Shown piece by piece: positions 51,950 to 61,927 of a stretch of DNA of 64,000 nucleotides; the stretch's first letter is position 1, and each line of letters begins with the position of its first letter. The notes beneath the pieces are model-generated. The model saw only the letters and a list, made by a program, of their open reading frames with translations, ran no database searches and was not told the origin of the DNA. The DNA is taken from the NCBI GenBank assembly GCA_003158295.1, contig PMIP01000053.1, forward strand, positions 45,610-109,609, given 5' to 3'. The stretch comes from Chloroflexota bacterium. Lineage in GTDB: Bacteria > Chloroflexota > Limnocylindria > Limnocylindrales > CSP1-4. The translations under genes and the position numbers were made by a program.

Positions 51950-53493
51950 GTCCGCCCTCCGGGCTCGGTGCCATCCTCGACACGCGCGGCTACGTCTCCT
52001 CGGGCAACCTTGATCGACAGCCTGGCGCCGACCGGCGCCTCAACCGGATCCCTGACCACCAGACCGTCTGTGGCGCGACGAACGATCGCGTAGCCACGGT
52101 CCAATGTCGCTTGCGGCCCGAGAGCCTGCAAAGAGGCGGCGTTCCGCTCGACCGCCGCCCGGGCCACGGCCAGGCGCGTCTCGGCGACCGGGGCAAGTCT
52201 CGCCAGGGCCCCGGCTTGCAGCGCCCGCCGGCGAGCCAACTCGTCTCGCACCGCCCGAGTCGCTCGGTCCAGCAGATGGCCAGCTCGTTCGCGCGCCTGG
52301 GCCAGCTGAGCGCCCGGCCGCAAACGGTCCAGGGCGCGGCCTTCCGCCGTCAGCTCGTTGCGCGACGCAGTCACGGCCGCCAGAACGCAACTCCGCCCAC
52401 GCCGTTCCAGCTCGGCTACCCCCGCCGCCACCTCCGCGCGATCCGGCACAACCATCTCCGCGGCCGCCGAAGGCGTCGGCGCACGCACGTCCGCGGCGAA
52501 ATCGGCCAGTGTCACATCCACCTCGTGGCCCACGCCGCACACCACCGGCACCGGGTGAGCTACCACGGCCCGCACCACCCGCTCGTCGTTGAACGACCAC
52601 AGGTCTTCCAGCGAGCCCCCGCCACGCGCCAGAATGACCACTGCCGGGGCCTCCTGCCCCCTTCCTTCCGCACGAAGCGCGTCGCCCCATCGGGCCAGCC
52701 GGTCCAGCCCGGCCACCACGCTGGCGGCAGCCCCGTCCCCCTGGACCTGGCAGGAGGAAAGGACCAACCGCGCCAGCGGCCAGCGCCGTCCGACGACGTG
52801 GCAGATGTCGTGCCACACGGCTCCCGTGGCGCTGGTGACGACGCCGATCACCGCCGGCCGGAACGGCAGCGGCCGCTTTCGACTCGAATCGAAGAGCCCC
52901 TCGGCCGCAAGCTTGGCCTTGAGGGCCTCGAACCGCAGCGCGAGGTCGCCGAAGCCGGCGGGCTGGACGCTCGACACGTAGAGCTGATACAGACCCTGGG
53001 ACTCGAAGACGTCCACCCGCCCGTGGACGACGACACGCAGGCCGGTTCTGGCCTCGAAGGGCGATGCCAGGCGTTCGTCCCGGAAGAAGACGCACGCCAG
53101 CTGGCTCCGCTCGTCCTTCAGGGTGAAGTAGCAGTGTCCGGCCGAGGAGACCGTCACCCGGCCGACTTCGCCCTCGACCCACAGGTCGCGCAGGTCGGGC
53201 TCGGAACGGACGGCGTCCCGGACCGCCCGGGTGACCTCGCTGACTCCCACGATCCGGAGGCCGAAGGCGGGCGTCGCCCGCGGCGGCGCTCTGTGCTCGC
53301 CTGGGGGCGATTCAACGAGAGCCTCAACCACCGGCGCATCCACCGACGGCTCCATGGTCCGTTCGACGGGCCGTTCCACAGGCACGGAGGGATCCACGAT
53401 CGCGTCCCAGGCCGGCAGCACCCAGTCGGGCGGGTCGGTGCGGCGGCCGCGACGGGCGTCGGGATCCGGGGGCGGCAGGTCGTCCCACAGCAT
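51946..53493 (-). CDS. xseA: exodeoxyribonuclease VII large subunit (Pro/Asp-rich N-terminal extension)
   Basis: OB-fold region (LWVEGEVGRVTVSSAGHCYFTLKDERSQLACVFF) and catalytic region (ILARGGGSLEDLWSFNDERV). Start placed at ATG 53493 to avoid overlapping efp. Confidence 0.85.
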   Translation of the reverse strand: MLWDDLPPPDPDARRGRRTDPPDWVLPAWDAIVDPSVPVERPVERTMEPSVDAPVVEALVESPPGEHRAPPRATPAFGLRIVGVSEVTRAVRDAVRSEPDLRDLWVEGEVGRVTVSSAGHCYFTLKDERSQLACVFFRDERLASPFEARTGLRVVVHGRVDVFESQGLYQLYVSSVQPAGFGDLALRFEALKAKLAAEGLFDSSRKRPLPFRPAVIGVVTSATGAVWHDICHVVGRRWPLARLVLSSCQVQGDGAAASVVAGLDRLARWGDALRAEGRGQEAPAVVILARGGGSLEDLWSFNDERVVRAVVAHPVPVVCGVGHEVDVTLADFAADVRAPTPSAAAEMVVPDRAEVAAGVAELERRGRSCVLAAVTASRNELTAEGRALDRLRPGAQLAQARERAGHLLDRATRAVRDELARRRALQAGALARLAPVAETRLAVARAAVERNAASLQALGPQATLDRGYAIVRRATDGLVVRDPVEAPVGARLSIKVARGDVAARVEDGTEPGGRT

Positions 53494-53569
53494 GTCGCTC
53501 TCGGGCGGATCGCCGCGACTCAACGGCCGCTCCTCTGCTCGATTACGCCCAGGATCCCGGGAGCCGGGA

Positions 53570-54127
53570 TCAGAGACGCGTCTGGTACTCCCCGGTTCGC
53601 GTGTCGACCCGAACGGTGTCTCCTTCACTCACGAAGATCGGCACCTGGATGGTGAGGCCCGATTCGAGCTTGGCCGCCTTCCGAGCTCCCGTCTGCGTAT
53701 CTCCGGCGAAGCCCGGCTCGGTCTCCATGACCTTGAGATCCACCGTGACCGGAAGCTCGACGCCGATAGTCTCACCCTCGTAGCTGGTCCGGTCCAGGAG
53801 CATGCTCTCCTTGAGGTAATTCACGGCGTCCTCGAGCTGTTCCGCAGTCAGGCTGAACTGCTCGTAGCTCTCCGTCTCCATGAAGTGGTAGTCACCGCCA
53901 TCCTGGTAAAGGAACTGGATCTGGCGATGCTCCAGCTGTACTCGGGGCCACCTGTCGCCAGCCTGGAAGGACCGCTCCACCGTCCCGCCGCGCTTGACGT
54001 TCCGGAGCTTGATGCGGACCTGAGCCGAGCCTCGCCCGATCTTCAGATGGTGGTAGTCGAGGATCTGCCACAGGTCGCCATCGACCTCGATGACCACTCC
54101 CTTGTGCAGGTCGCTTGTGGAAATCAT
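53570..54127 (-). CDS. efp: elongation factor P
   Basis: MISTSDLHKGVVIEVDGDLWQILDYHHLKIGRGSAQVRIKLRN..., 185 aa, typical EF-P. Confidence 0.95.
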   Translation of the reverse strand: MISTSDLHKGVVIEVDGDLWQILDYHHLKIGRGSAQVRIKLRNVKRGGTVERSFQAGDRWPRVQLEHRQIQFLYQDGGDYHFMETESYEQFSLTAEQLEDAVNYLKESMLLDRTSYEGETIGVELPVTVDLKVMETEPGFAGDTQTGARKAAKLESGLTIQVPIFVSEGDTVRVDTRTGEYQTRL

Positions 54128-54254
54128 GGTTCCGGAGCGCTCCTCAGGGTGGGTCCCATGCTAGGGGGCTTGTGTGCCGACGCCCGATTGTAGCCGAGCC
54201 GTTGGCTCGCAGGTACCTTCCGCGTCCGGGTTCACGACAACGGGGCCGATCCCT

Positions 54255-56870
54255 TCAGGCCGCCGGCCCGTCCGTCCTGTCGGCGGCGTCGCCGACCAAC
54301 GCCCTGACTCGGCTCAGCAGCTCCGTTCGGCCGTACGGCTTGGGCATGTAGCTGACCCCGGATTCCAGCACGCCTTGAGCCAGCACCCTCTCCTCGTTGT
54401 AGCCCGAGGCATACATGACCGGCATCGACGGCCGCCGACCTTTGAGCACGTTGGCGACCTCGTGGCCGCTCATGCCGGAAAGGATGACGTCCGTGAAGAG
54501 CAAGTCTATGGGTCCGACGTAGCGGGCTTCGAGCTCCAGGGCCTCCTCGCCGGAGCCGGCCTCGAGAACCGTGTATCCCGCCATGCGCAGGATCCGGCAC
54601 GCCAGCGACCGAACCGGCTCCTCGTCCTCCACTACGAGGATGGTGGCCGTGCCGCGCCCAGTTTCGGGCACGACCGTCGCCTCCGCCTGACTGGCCTGGG
54701 CCGGGGCCTGGGCCACCTTGGGCAGAAAGACGCGGAACGTCGAGCCCCCGTCCGGTTCGGTGTCCACGTCGACGTACCCGTTGGACTGCTCGACGATCCC
54801 CAGGACGGTGGCCAGTCCGAGTCCGGTGCCCTTGCCCGGCCCCTTCGTTGTGAAGAATGGCTCGAAGGCATGTTGGAGCACCGCCGGGGTCATGCCGGTG
54901 CCAGTGTCTCTAACGCGCAGAACGACATACCGGCCGGGCCGTGCCCCCAGATGTGAAACCGCGAACGCCTCGTCGAGCTCGATCTCCCTCGCCTCGATCA
55001 CCAACCGACCGCCGGTCGGCATGGCGTCACGGGCATTCAGGGCGAGGTTGACGAGCACCTGGTCCAGCTGGCTGGGGTCGGCCATGATTGGCCCGACCCC
55101 GGAGCCAACGTCCACCACGAGTTCGATGTCCTCGCCGATCAACCGCCTGAGCATGGGGGCCAGGTCCGCCACGACCGTCTGCGGATCGAGTGGCCTGGGG
55201 CTGAGGACCTGACGCCTGGAGAAGGCCAGCAGCTGCCTGGTCAGCTGGGTCGCTCGACCGGCGGCACGTTGGATCTCCGCCACGTCCAGGGTTCGCGGAT
55301 CCTCGGGCCCCAGGTCTGTACTCAACATCTCGGCGTAGCCGGAGATCGCGGTCAGGAGGTTGTTGAAGTCGTGGGCTACGCCTCCCGCCAATCGACCGAC
55401 GGCCTCCATCTTCTGCGACTGCCTCAACTGCGCCTCGAGCGACTTCTCGCGCGACACGTCCCGACCGATGATGATCGATCCCACCAGCTCGCCCGACTCG
55501 TCCACCCTTGGGCTGATGACCAGATTCAGATCGACATCCTGACCGTCTTTGCGACGTCCGTGCACCGATCCAGTCCACGACGCGCTTTCGGCAATGGTGC
55601 CCGATATCGCGGCGGCCTCTTCGGTCGTCTGGCTCTCGCTCGCCAGGAAGCCCATGTTGCGTCCCAGGGCCTCATCCCTGGTGAAGCCCGTGAGCCGGGT
55701 GAAAGCCGGGTTGGTATAGACGATGCGCCCGTCCCGCTCGGTGATCACGACCGACTCGCCGGCCTGCTCCACGACGGCGGCCAGCCGGTCGCGCTCCGCC
55801 TCCGCGGCGCGCCGGATCTCCTCACGGCCGATCACCTCGAGCTTGAACGACATGTCGTCCGCGAGATGCTGCAGGAGCTCGACCTCGATCGCTCCGAAGG
55901 CGTTGACGACCCCTCCGTAGACCGTCAGCGCTCCAATCGGCTTCCCTTCGACGACCAGGGGCAGCGACACGGCCGACTGGAAGCCATGCTCGATCACCTG
56001 GCGCTTCAATGTCGTGAACATCGAATCGGCTCGTGGGTCGGCAATGGCGATCGGCGAGCCGGTCCGAATCGCCGTGACAGTCATTCCCGGACCGCGGCGG
56101 TCCTGGCGGACGTTGAGCCGCAGCTTCTCCACGTAGCCGTCGGAATCACCCGCCGAGGCAACAGGCACGATATCGCCGCTCTGCCCGTCCACCAGCCCGA
56201 TCCAGGCCATCCGGAATCCGCCACGTTCGACCGCGATCCGGCAGGCTTCCCGGTAGAGCTCGTCGCGATCGTCTATTCGGGTGAGCACCCGCAGAATCTC
56301 GGCAAGAGCGTCCCGCAAGCGCTCGCGCCGCGTCGCCAGCTCGTCGGGCTGCGAGCGCTCAGACCCGTCGAGCACGAGGGCCAGGTAGCGGGGACTCGGC
56401 ACGGCGGAGTAGCCGAACCGCAACTCGACCGGCCTGACGCTCCCGTCCGCGGTCCGCAGCCTGGTCTCGACGACGACATGGTCTACGAGATCCTCGCGCA
56501 GTCGGCGCAGCAGAGCCTGCGCATGCCTGTTGGATAGACCGACGAAGAGGTCACCGAGGCCACGACCGTCGAGCTGTGCCGGCAGGGCGAGAGCCCGGCG
56601 TGCCCAGGGGCTTGCGTCGACAACGCGGAGATCCTCGGCATCGAAGACCAGGATGCCGACCCGCCAGCCATCCAGCAGGTGGCGAACGTCTGCTTCGCCA
56701 AGCGCCGGCTGCCCACTCACCTGCCGGTCCGACGACTGGCCCGAGGCGGTTCCTGGCGCCGCGCGCCGCAGGTGGCTCGGCCGATCTGTCTGATCGGTCA
56801 TGTCAGTCATAGTGCCCACGATACGCGCCCCGGACCGAGCGCGGGCAAGACCGCGCCTCCCCTTGGGCAT
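54255..56870 (-). CDS. hybrid sensor histidine kinase/response regulator (PAS-GAF-PAS-HisKA-HATPase-REC)
   Basis: VAHDFNNLLTAISGYAEML (H-box), NLALNARDAM (N-box), DTGTGM/GTGLGLA (G-boxes) and a receiver ILVVEDEE...LLFTDVILSGMSG. The start could instead be ATG 56810. Confidence 0.85.
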   Translation of the reverse strand: MPKGRRGLARARSGARIVGTMTDMTDQTDRPSHLRRAAPGTASGQSSDRQVSGQPALGEADVRHLLDGWRVGILVFDAEDLRVVDASPWARRALALPAQLDGRGLGDLFVGLSNRHAQALLRRLREDLVDHVVVETRLRTADGSVRPVELRFGYSAVPSPRYLALVLDGSERSQPDELATRRERLRDALAEILRVLTRIDDRDELYREACRIAVERGGFRMAWIGLVDGQSGDIVPVASAGDSDGYVEKLRLNVRQDRRGPGMTVTAIRTGSPIAIADPRADSMFTTLKRQVIEHGFQSAVSLPLVVEGKPIGALTVYGGVVNAFGAIEVELLQHLADDMSFKLEVIGREEIRRAAEAERDRLAAVVEQAGESVVITERDGRIVYTNPAFTRLTGFTRDEALGRNMGFLASESQTTEEAAAISGTIAESASWTGSVHGRRKDGQDVDLNLVISPRVDESGELVGSIIIGRDVSREKSLEAQLRQSQKMEAVGRLAGGVAHDFNNLLTAISGYAEMLSTDLGPEDPRTLDVAEIQRAAGRATQLTRQLLAFSRRQVLSPRPLDPQTVVADLAPMLRRLIGEDIELVVDVGSGVGPIMADPSQLDQVLVNLALNARDAMPTGGRLVIEAREIELDEAFAVSHLGARPGRYVVLRVRDTGTGMTPAVLQHAFEPFFTTKGPGKGTGLGLATVLGIVEQSNGYVDVDTEPDGGSTFRVFLPKVAQAPAQASQAEATVVPETGRGTATILVVEDEEPVRSLACRILRMAGYTVLEAGSGEEALELEARYVGPIDLLFTDVILSGMSGHEVANVLKGRRPSMPVMYASGYNEERVLAQGVLESGVSYMPKPYGRTELLSRVRALVGDAADRTDGPAA

Positions 56871-56909
56871 CGGCTGCCCCGCCCCCGTCCTTGATCCGCC
56901 AGAGCGCGC

Positions 56910-58139
56910 CTAGACTCCAACGACCAGAACGTCGCTCGGGAACGAGGTCAGCCCCTGGAGCCTCCCGGCCGACGTGTCGTACAGCACGAGGTCCTCGATG
57001 CGGACTCCGGTCTGCCCGTCCAAATAGATTCCCGGCTCCACGCTGAACACGGTGGGACTGGGCAGCGGCTCCTCCGAGGCCATGAGACTCAGAGTGGGCA
57101 GCTCGTGCGTAGCGAGGCCGATACCGTGGCCCAGGCCGTGGCCGAAATGCTCGCCGTGTCCGGCTCTCTCGATCACGGCCCGGGCGGCTGCGTCGACCTC
57201 CAGGCCATTGGGCGCGGAGCGCTCGCCACGAACAGAAGCCGTGAGCAGGTCGATCGCCGTCTGCTGGGCGGCCGCCACGGTCTCGTAGACCTCTATGTCC
57301 CGCGCGGCCGGTTCTCCGACGAAGAGCGTCCGCGTCATGTCGCTTCGGTAGCCATCCACCATCGCGCCGAAGTCGAAGAGGAGCACCTGCCCGATACGGA
57401 CCTCGCTCTCGGACGGCGACCCATGCGGCAATGCCGCGTTGGGGCCCGCAAGGCAGGCGATCCCGAAGGCCAGGGCATCGCCGCCACTCGTCCGCATCTC
57501 CCATTCGAGCATCAGGGCCAGATCTCGTTCCGTCTGCCCGGGCTTGATACGCCGCAGAATCGACGCAAGGGCTCTGTCGCCGACCGCGCAGGCCGCCCGA
57601 ATCCGTTCCGTCTCACTCGGCTCCTTCACGGCCCGGTCGCTCTCGACCCAGCCGGCGACTTCAACGAGCTCCACGTCCGGTGCCGCGAGCTGCAGCTGCT
57701 GCCAGAGCTGGTGGTTGACCAGCGCCGCTTCGACGGCTACCCGTCTTGCCCCGAGACTGCCCAGGAGCGTCGGCCAGATCGCCGCCAGATCGTAGGTCGT
57801 GGCCTCGATTCGAGCCTCCGCCGCCTGTGCGATTGCCTGCAGCCGGTACCGACTGTCGGCCACGACCACGACCTCGTCGGCAGACACGAAGAAGCGACCA
57901 GAGTTGCCCGCCACGCGATCCTCTCCGTCGTGCAGGACGAAACCGGTGAGGTATCGCGAGTTCTCGGGCCGGATGCCGAAGTACGCATCCACTCCCTCGG
58001 CGGCCAGGCGCGACCGGATTCTGGCCAGGCGGCCCGGCCGGGCGGTTCTGTCGGCCTCGGCCCAGCGGGCACGATCGGCGGCGCTCGGTGGCGACGGGAA
58101 GTCGGCGGGATGCGGCAGGCCGCGAACGAGGTTGGTCAT
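56910..58139 (-). CDS. M24 family Xaa-Pro aminopeptidase/dipeptidase
   Basis: Creatinase-like N-domain plus DFGAMVDGYRSDMTRT, HGLGHGIGLATHE and FSVEPGIY metal-ligand motifs. Confidence 0.85.
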   Translation of the reverse strand: MTNLVRGLPHPADFPSPPSAADRARWAEADRTARPGRLARIRSRLAAEGVDAYFGIRPENSRYLTGFVLHDGEDRVAGNSGRFFVSADEVVVVADSRYRLQAIAQAAEARIEATTYDLAAIWPTLLGSLGARRVAVEAALVNHQLWQQLQLAAPDVELVEVAGWVESDRAVKEPSETERIRAACAVGDRALASILRRIKPGQTERDLALMLEWEMRTSGGDALAFGIACLAGPNAALPHGSPSESEVRIGQVLLFDFGAMVDGYRSDMTRTLFVGEPAARDIEVYETVAAAQQTAIDLLTASVRGERSAPNGLEVDAAARAVIERAGHGEHFGHGLGHGIGLATHELPTLSLMASEEPLPSPTVFSVEPGIYLDGQTGVRIEDLVLYDTSAGRLQGLTSFPSDVLVVGV

Positions 58140-58228
58140 CCGCTCATGTTAGCGAGGCCGCGCAACGCCACATCCGGATCGGCCTAGGCCTCGACGGTCT
58201 CCTCCGCCGTCCCTGACTGTCGGCGAGT

Positions 58229-59662
58229 CTAGGGCGTGTAGCCGTACTTCTTCGCGTTGGCGTCTTGTTCCGCCTGCGTCTTGGCGAAGGCGTGCGTTCC
58301 GCTGCCGTCGTTCTTGGCCAGGAAGTACAGATATCCGTCGGCGGTATCGGGCGATACCGCGGCCAGGAGAGACGGAGCGCTGGGCGAACAGATCGGTCCG
58401 GGCGGGAGACCCGCATGGCTGTAGGTGTTGTACGCGGCGAGCTTCCCCGGGAAGACGACCTTGCTGAGCGGGCCCGACGTCTCGATCGAAGTCCAGAACG
58501 TGTAGTCCACCCATGTCGCGATCGGGTGCGTCGGATCCTGCAACCAGACAGAGTCGTTCGCGTAGTTCAGAGTCGGGTTGGCATTGAGCAAGCCGGTCGG
58601 CCACATCTTCGGGTTGAGCCGGTTTATGTACACGCCGGCGATGAGGGGCCGGTCCGAGTCGACCTTCGCCTCGCTCTCGACGAGCGCCGCGATCTGCACT
58701 TTCTGGTAGATCTGATCCGGCTGCAGGGCCAGCAGCGCCGGCGGGGCGTGATTGGCGAACGCGTCGAGGAGCATGCTCAGCAACTGGATCGGTGTCGTGT
58801 CGGGAGCGATGTCGTACGTCGCGGGGAAGAGAAAGCCCTCCAGCGAGGCCCCCGCCGGCAGCTTCAGCCACGCGTGGCCGGCGAGCAAGTCGGCCGGCGG
58901 ATTCATCGCCAGCTCGTAGAACTGGCTGGGGTCCATCGTCAGCGGCGCGGTCGGGTCGACCGGATTGGCCTTCAGGTACTCGAGCTTGGCCACCATCTGC
59001 TCGATCCGGAGCCCTTCGCGGAAGGTGACGCGAACTGTCGGCGGGGCCACGGGTGGCTGAGTGAGGATGGAGATCATCTCATCCACAGTCTGCGACTTGC
59101 TGACCACGTGCCGGCCGATCTGGAAGTCCGAGGTCGCGCCCCGCTCTATGGCCTGGAACACGAGGGCTCGAGCTTCGGTTATGGCGCCGGCCTTGACCAG
59201 CTGATCCCCTATCTGCCGTGGCGTCTCGTTCGGTCCGATGATGATCGCGATGGGATTCTGATCTCGGGCATCGACGGGCTGGGTGAGGCTCGAGCCGAGC
59301 TCGTTGCGGACTACATCCGCGACAAACGGCAACTTGAGCGCGGTCGGGTTCTCCGACGCCCAGTCGACGATGCTGCCGACTACGATCGGGCGGGCCACGA
59401 AGTACAAGCCGCCGACGACGAGCCCTCCGAGCAGCAGTGTGAAGACCGCGAAGCGCAGTACCTGGCCTGGTCCACTCGATCGACCCGAGCGATAGTCGCG
59501 CCGCACATCCAGCGATGCCGGAGGCCGGCCCTCGGCCACATCTTCAGGAGTCGACGGAGCGAAGTCGTCCCAACCCATGTCGATCACCGGCCTCGTGGCC
59601 TGATCCACCTCTGAGTCCTGGTGTCCCCCCGACCTCGGCCTCCCCCCGTCACGAACCGTCAT
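58229..59662 (-). CDS. mltG: endolytic murein transglycosylase MltG (YceG-like)
   Basis: N-terminal TM segment (FAVFTLLLGGLVVGGLYFV) and a YceG domain (LASLVESEAKVDSDRPLIAGVYINRL, YNTY). Start placed at ATG 59662. Confidence 0.85.
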   Translation of the reverse strand: MTVRDGGRPRSGGHQDSEVDQATRPVIDMGWDDFAPSTPEDVAEGRPPASLDVRRDYRSGRSSGPGQVLRFAVFTLLLGGLVVGGLYFVARPIVVGSIVDWASENPTALKLPFVADVVRNELGSSLTQPVDARDQNPIAIIIGPNETPRQIGDQLVKAGAITEARALVFQAIERGATSDFQIGRHVVSKSQTVDEMISILTQPPVAPPTVRVTFREGLRIEQMVAKLEYLKANPVDPTAPLTMDPSQFYELAMNPPADLLAGHAWLKLPAGASLEGFLFPATYDIAPDTTPIQLLSMLLDAFANHAPPALLALQPDQIYQKVQIAALVESEAKVDSDRPLIAGVYINRLNPKMWPTGLLNANPTLNYANDSVWLQDPTHPIATWVDYTFWTSIETSGPLSKVVFPGKLAAYNTYSHAGLPPGPICSPSAPSLLAAVSPDTADGYLYFLAKNDGSGTHAFAKTQAEQDANAKKYGYTP

Positions 59663-60167
59663 CAGGTCTTTGGCTCCCGTTCTCCCTGACCGTGGCGTCC
59701 AGCTCGTCCTGGAGGATGAGCACGGCCGCCTCTCTGTCGATTCGGGCCCGATGGCCGTCCCGTTGAGCGGCCGTCGGCGGTCCTCCGGAGCGGCCCCTGG
59801 CTGGCAGTCCAACGCGACGCTCGGCTCGCTCGCTGGAAAGGCGCTCGTCGCGGAAGCGCACGGGCAGGCCGGTGACGCCTCCAACCGCCACGGCCCATTC
59901 GCGCGTCCGGATCGCTTGCTTTCCTTCGCCTCCGTCCATGTCGAGTGGCAATCCTACGACCAGACCGGCGGCTCGTTGTTCCGAAGCCAGTCGAGATATG
60001 ACGAGCGCGTCCTGCGCGATGCTTCTGCCTCGAGTCAAAGTCGTGAGCGGGGTGGCGACGCCCGCGTCCAGGTCACCCACCGCCACTCCGATCCGGCGCT
60101 CGCCGAGATCGATACCGAGGACTCGGCGTGGCGCTCCCGAGCCCTCATCCCGGTCCCGGATCATCAC
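59649..60167 (-). CDS. ruvX: Holliday junction resolvase-like RuvX/YqgF
   Basis: VLGIDLGERRIGVAVGD...LVVGLPLDMDGGEG...DERLSS. GTGA overlap with the upstream gene stop. Confidence 0.85.
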   Translation of the reverse strand: MMIRDRDEGSGAPRRVLGIDLGERRIGVAVGDLDAGVATPLTTLTRGRSIAQDALVISRLASEQRAAGLVVGLPLDMDGGEGKQAIRTREWAVAVGGVTGLPVRFRDERLSSERAERRVGLPARGRSGGPPTAAQRDGHRARIDREAAVLILQDELDATVRENGSQRPDDGS

Positions 60168-61924
60168 GAAGCCGACGGGCTCGGTGAAGTCTGGCCCGGG
60201 GTCGGTGAAGGGGAGAGCGAAGGCGGGGGCGACGGTGAAAGGGACGGTGACGTTGACACCGAAGGCGACTCGCCGATTTGTGGCGTGGTGAACGTCGCTG
60301 CCGGGGGCGACGGCGTCACGACCACGCCTGGAGATGCGCTGACCGTCGGCTTCGGGCTGGCCGTCAGGAGTTGGAGGTCGATCCGAAAGTCGAAGCTGGG
60401 CATCGTCGAGGCCCAGCCCGGGGAGACCGATATCTCCACCTTGCCGTACTTGGCCAGGAACGATCGTGCTTCCTCGACCGACCTGCCCTGCACCGCCGCC
60501 CTGAGCTGGCCGACCTCGACGATCGGCGTCTGCAAGCCCACGGCCGTGACCGGGACGATCACGGCGTCTCCCTGCGTAGCGGCCGTTCCCAGCTGCGTGG
60601 CGATCGATCCGGCCACCAGGCTGTAGCCGCTTAGCACGGCGCTCTTGATGCGGCTCTCGGCGAGCGTTCGAACCGTGGACAGGTCTGCCACAACGGCCGT
60701 CCCGGTGGCCGCGGCGCTCAGGTCGAACGAGGTGACTCCCTGATTCAGCAGTCCCTGTGGATCCGGAGAGAAGGTCGGGATCCCCAGTCGCGCGGTGTCG
60801 GAGAACAGGTTCGAGCCCGACGGGACTGCCCCAGGCGCCGCTAGAGCGGTCTGGAAACTGGACTGCAGCCCCGAGGTGAGGCTGCTCTCGGCCGCGTCGA
60901 TATCGGCCTGCACGATCATCGGCGACACGGTATGCGTGCCGCCGGTCGTGGGGCTCTTGTTGGTCACGGGACTGGCGGCCACGAGCGCGGAGGCCAGGTC
61001 CGCCGGCACACGGGTGATGGTCCGTGCGGCGACGTTGCCGGTCAGCCCTTTCACCACGGCGGCGATAGGTGCGTCGACCACGCCACGGCCGGTCCCGAAG
61101 ACCGCCTTGGGTACGGTAACGGCGGCGGTCGTCGCGAAAGCGATGCCACTCGCCGTCGATACCCTGGTGCCGGCCGGAATCGGAACGGCCAGGAAGGTAT
61201 TCTCGCTGCTGAACGTGACCGTCCCCGTTGCGGGTGTCTCGACCACGTTCTCGCCTGTAGCCGAGAAGGACCCGGCCACCTGAACGGGGAACGCCTCCTT
61301 CACGCCCGGCACCGTGGCCTTCTGGTCGTTCGAGGAGGAGACCGTTGGGTCCACGGTGACGTTGAGGCTCATCGGCCCCACGGGCTCCTCGCGCAGGGTC
61401 AGCGCAACCGTCGCGCTGGGGTAGAAGAAGAAGGTTCCCAGGCCAACGACGAGAACGATGACGCCGGCGAGCGCGGCCACGAACGATCGCGGAACTCGCC
61501 CCCTCCGACCTCGGCGCTCCGCGGCGGACCCACTCGGGCCGGTCGAAGCGCCGATCAGGCGTCCGCTCGATGCCCTGGCCCCAGCCGTTGTGTGCTCGCC
61601 ATACGCCTCCCAGTTGTCGCCCGTTGCCGCTGCCGACCCTCCGCCGGACCGGGCTGCCTCGGCCTTCTCATACCCCCCGACCGTGGCAAAGACCGCCAGG
61701 CCGGCCGACCGCGCCACCGACTGCACCGACGGATCCGCGGCCACGATTGCCAGGTGCTTGTCGCGGCGCTTCGCCTCACCGGCGAGCAGCCGGAAGTTGA
61801 TCCGCGACGTGGCCACGCGCGACGCACCGGAGAGCACCAGGGCGAGTCGTGTGTCGGACGAATCCCGGATTCGCGCGGCCGCCGAGGTGATCTCGTCCTG
61901 GTCGTCGAGGTAGTAGATGGCCAT
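60164..61924 (-). CDS. hypothetical bitopic membrane protein: ~85-aa cytoplasmic N-domain, Gly/Ala/Arg linker, one TM, ~380-aa beta-rich ectodomain, Pro/Ser-rich tail
   Basis: 586-aa ORF. N-domain MAIYYLDDQDEITSAAARIRDSSDTRLALVLSG...HLAIVAADPSV and TM FVAALAGVIVLVVGLGTFFFY. Starts 3 nt after the FtsA-like gene stop. Confidence 0.7.
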   Translation of the reverse strand: MAIYYLDDQDEITSAAARIRDSSDTRLALVLSGASRVATSRINFRLLAGEAKRRDKHLAIVAADPSVQSVARSAGLAVFATVGGYEKAEAARSGGGSAAATGDNWEAYGEHTTAGARASSGRLIGASTGPSGSAAERRGRRGRVPRSFVAALAGVIVLVVGLGTFFFYPSATVALTLREEPVGPMSLNVTVDPTVSSSNDQKATVPGVKEAFPVQVAGSFSATGENVVETPATGTVTFSSENTFLAVPIPAGTRVSTASGIAFATTAAVTVPKAVFGTGRGVVDAPIAAVVKGLTGNVAARTITRVPADLASALVAASPVTNKSPTTGGTHTVSPMIVQADIDAAESSLTSGLQSSFQTALAAPGAVPSGSNLFSDTARLGIPTFSPDPQGLLNQGVTSFDLSAAATGTAVVADLSTVRTLAESRIKSAVLSGYSLVAGSIATQLGTAATQGDAVIVPVTAVGLQTPIVEVGQLRAAVQGRSVEEARSFLAKYGKVEISVSPGWASTMPSFDFRIDLQLLTASPKPTVSASPGVVVTPSPPAATFTTPQIGESPSVSTSPSLSPSPPPSLSPSPTPGQTSPSPSAS

Positions 61925-61927
61925 GGG

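Noticed and set aside
60164-61924. Prophage remnant, suggested by a possible baseplate-J/gp47-like ectodomain
   Set aside because: No other phage genes, att repeats or GC shift are present. The gene is translationally coupled to ruvX, and the resemblance is from memory only.
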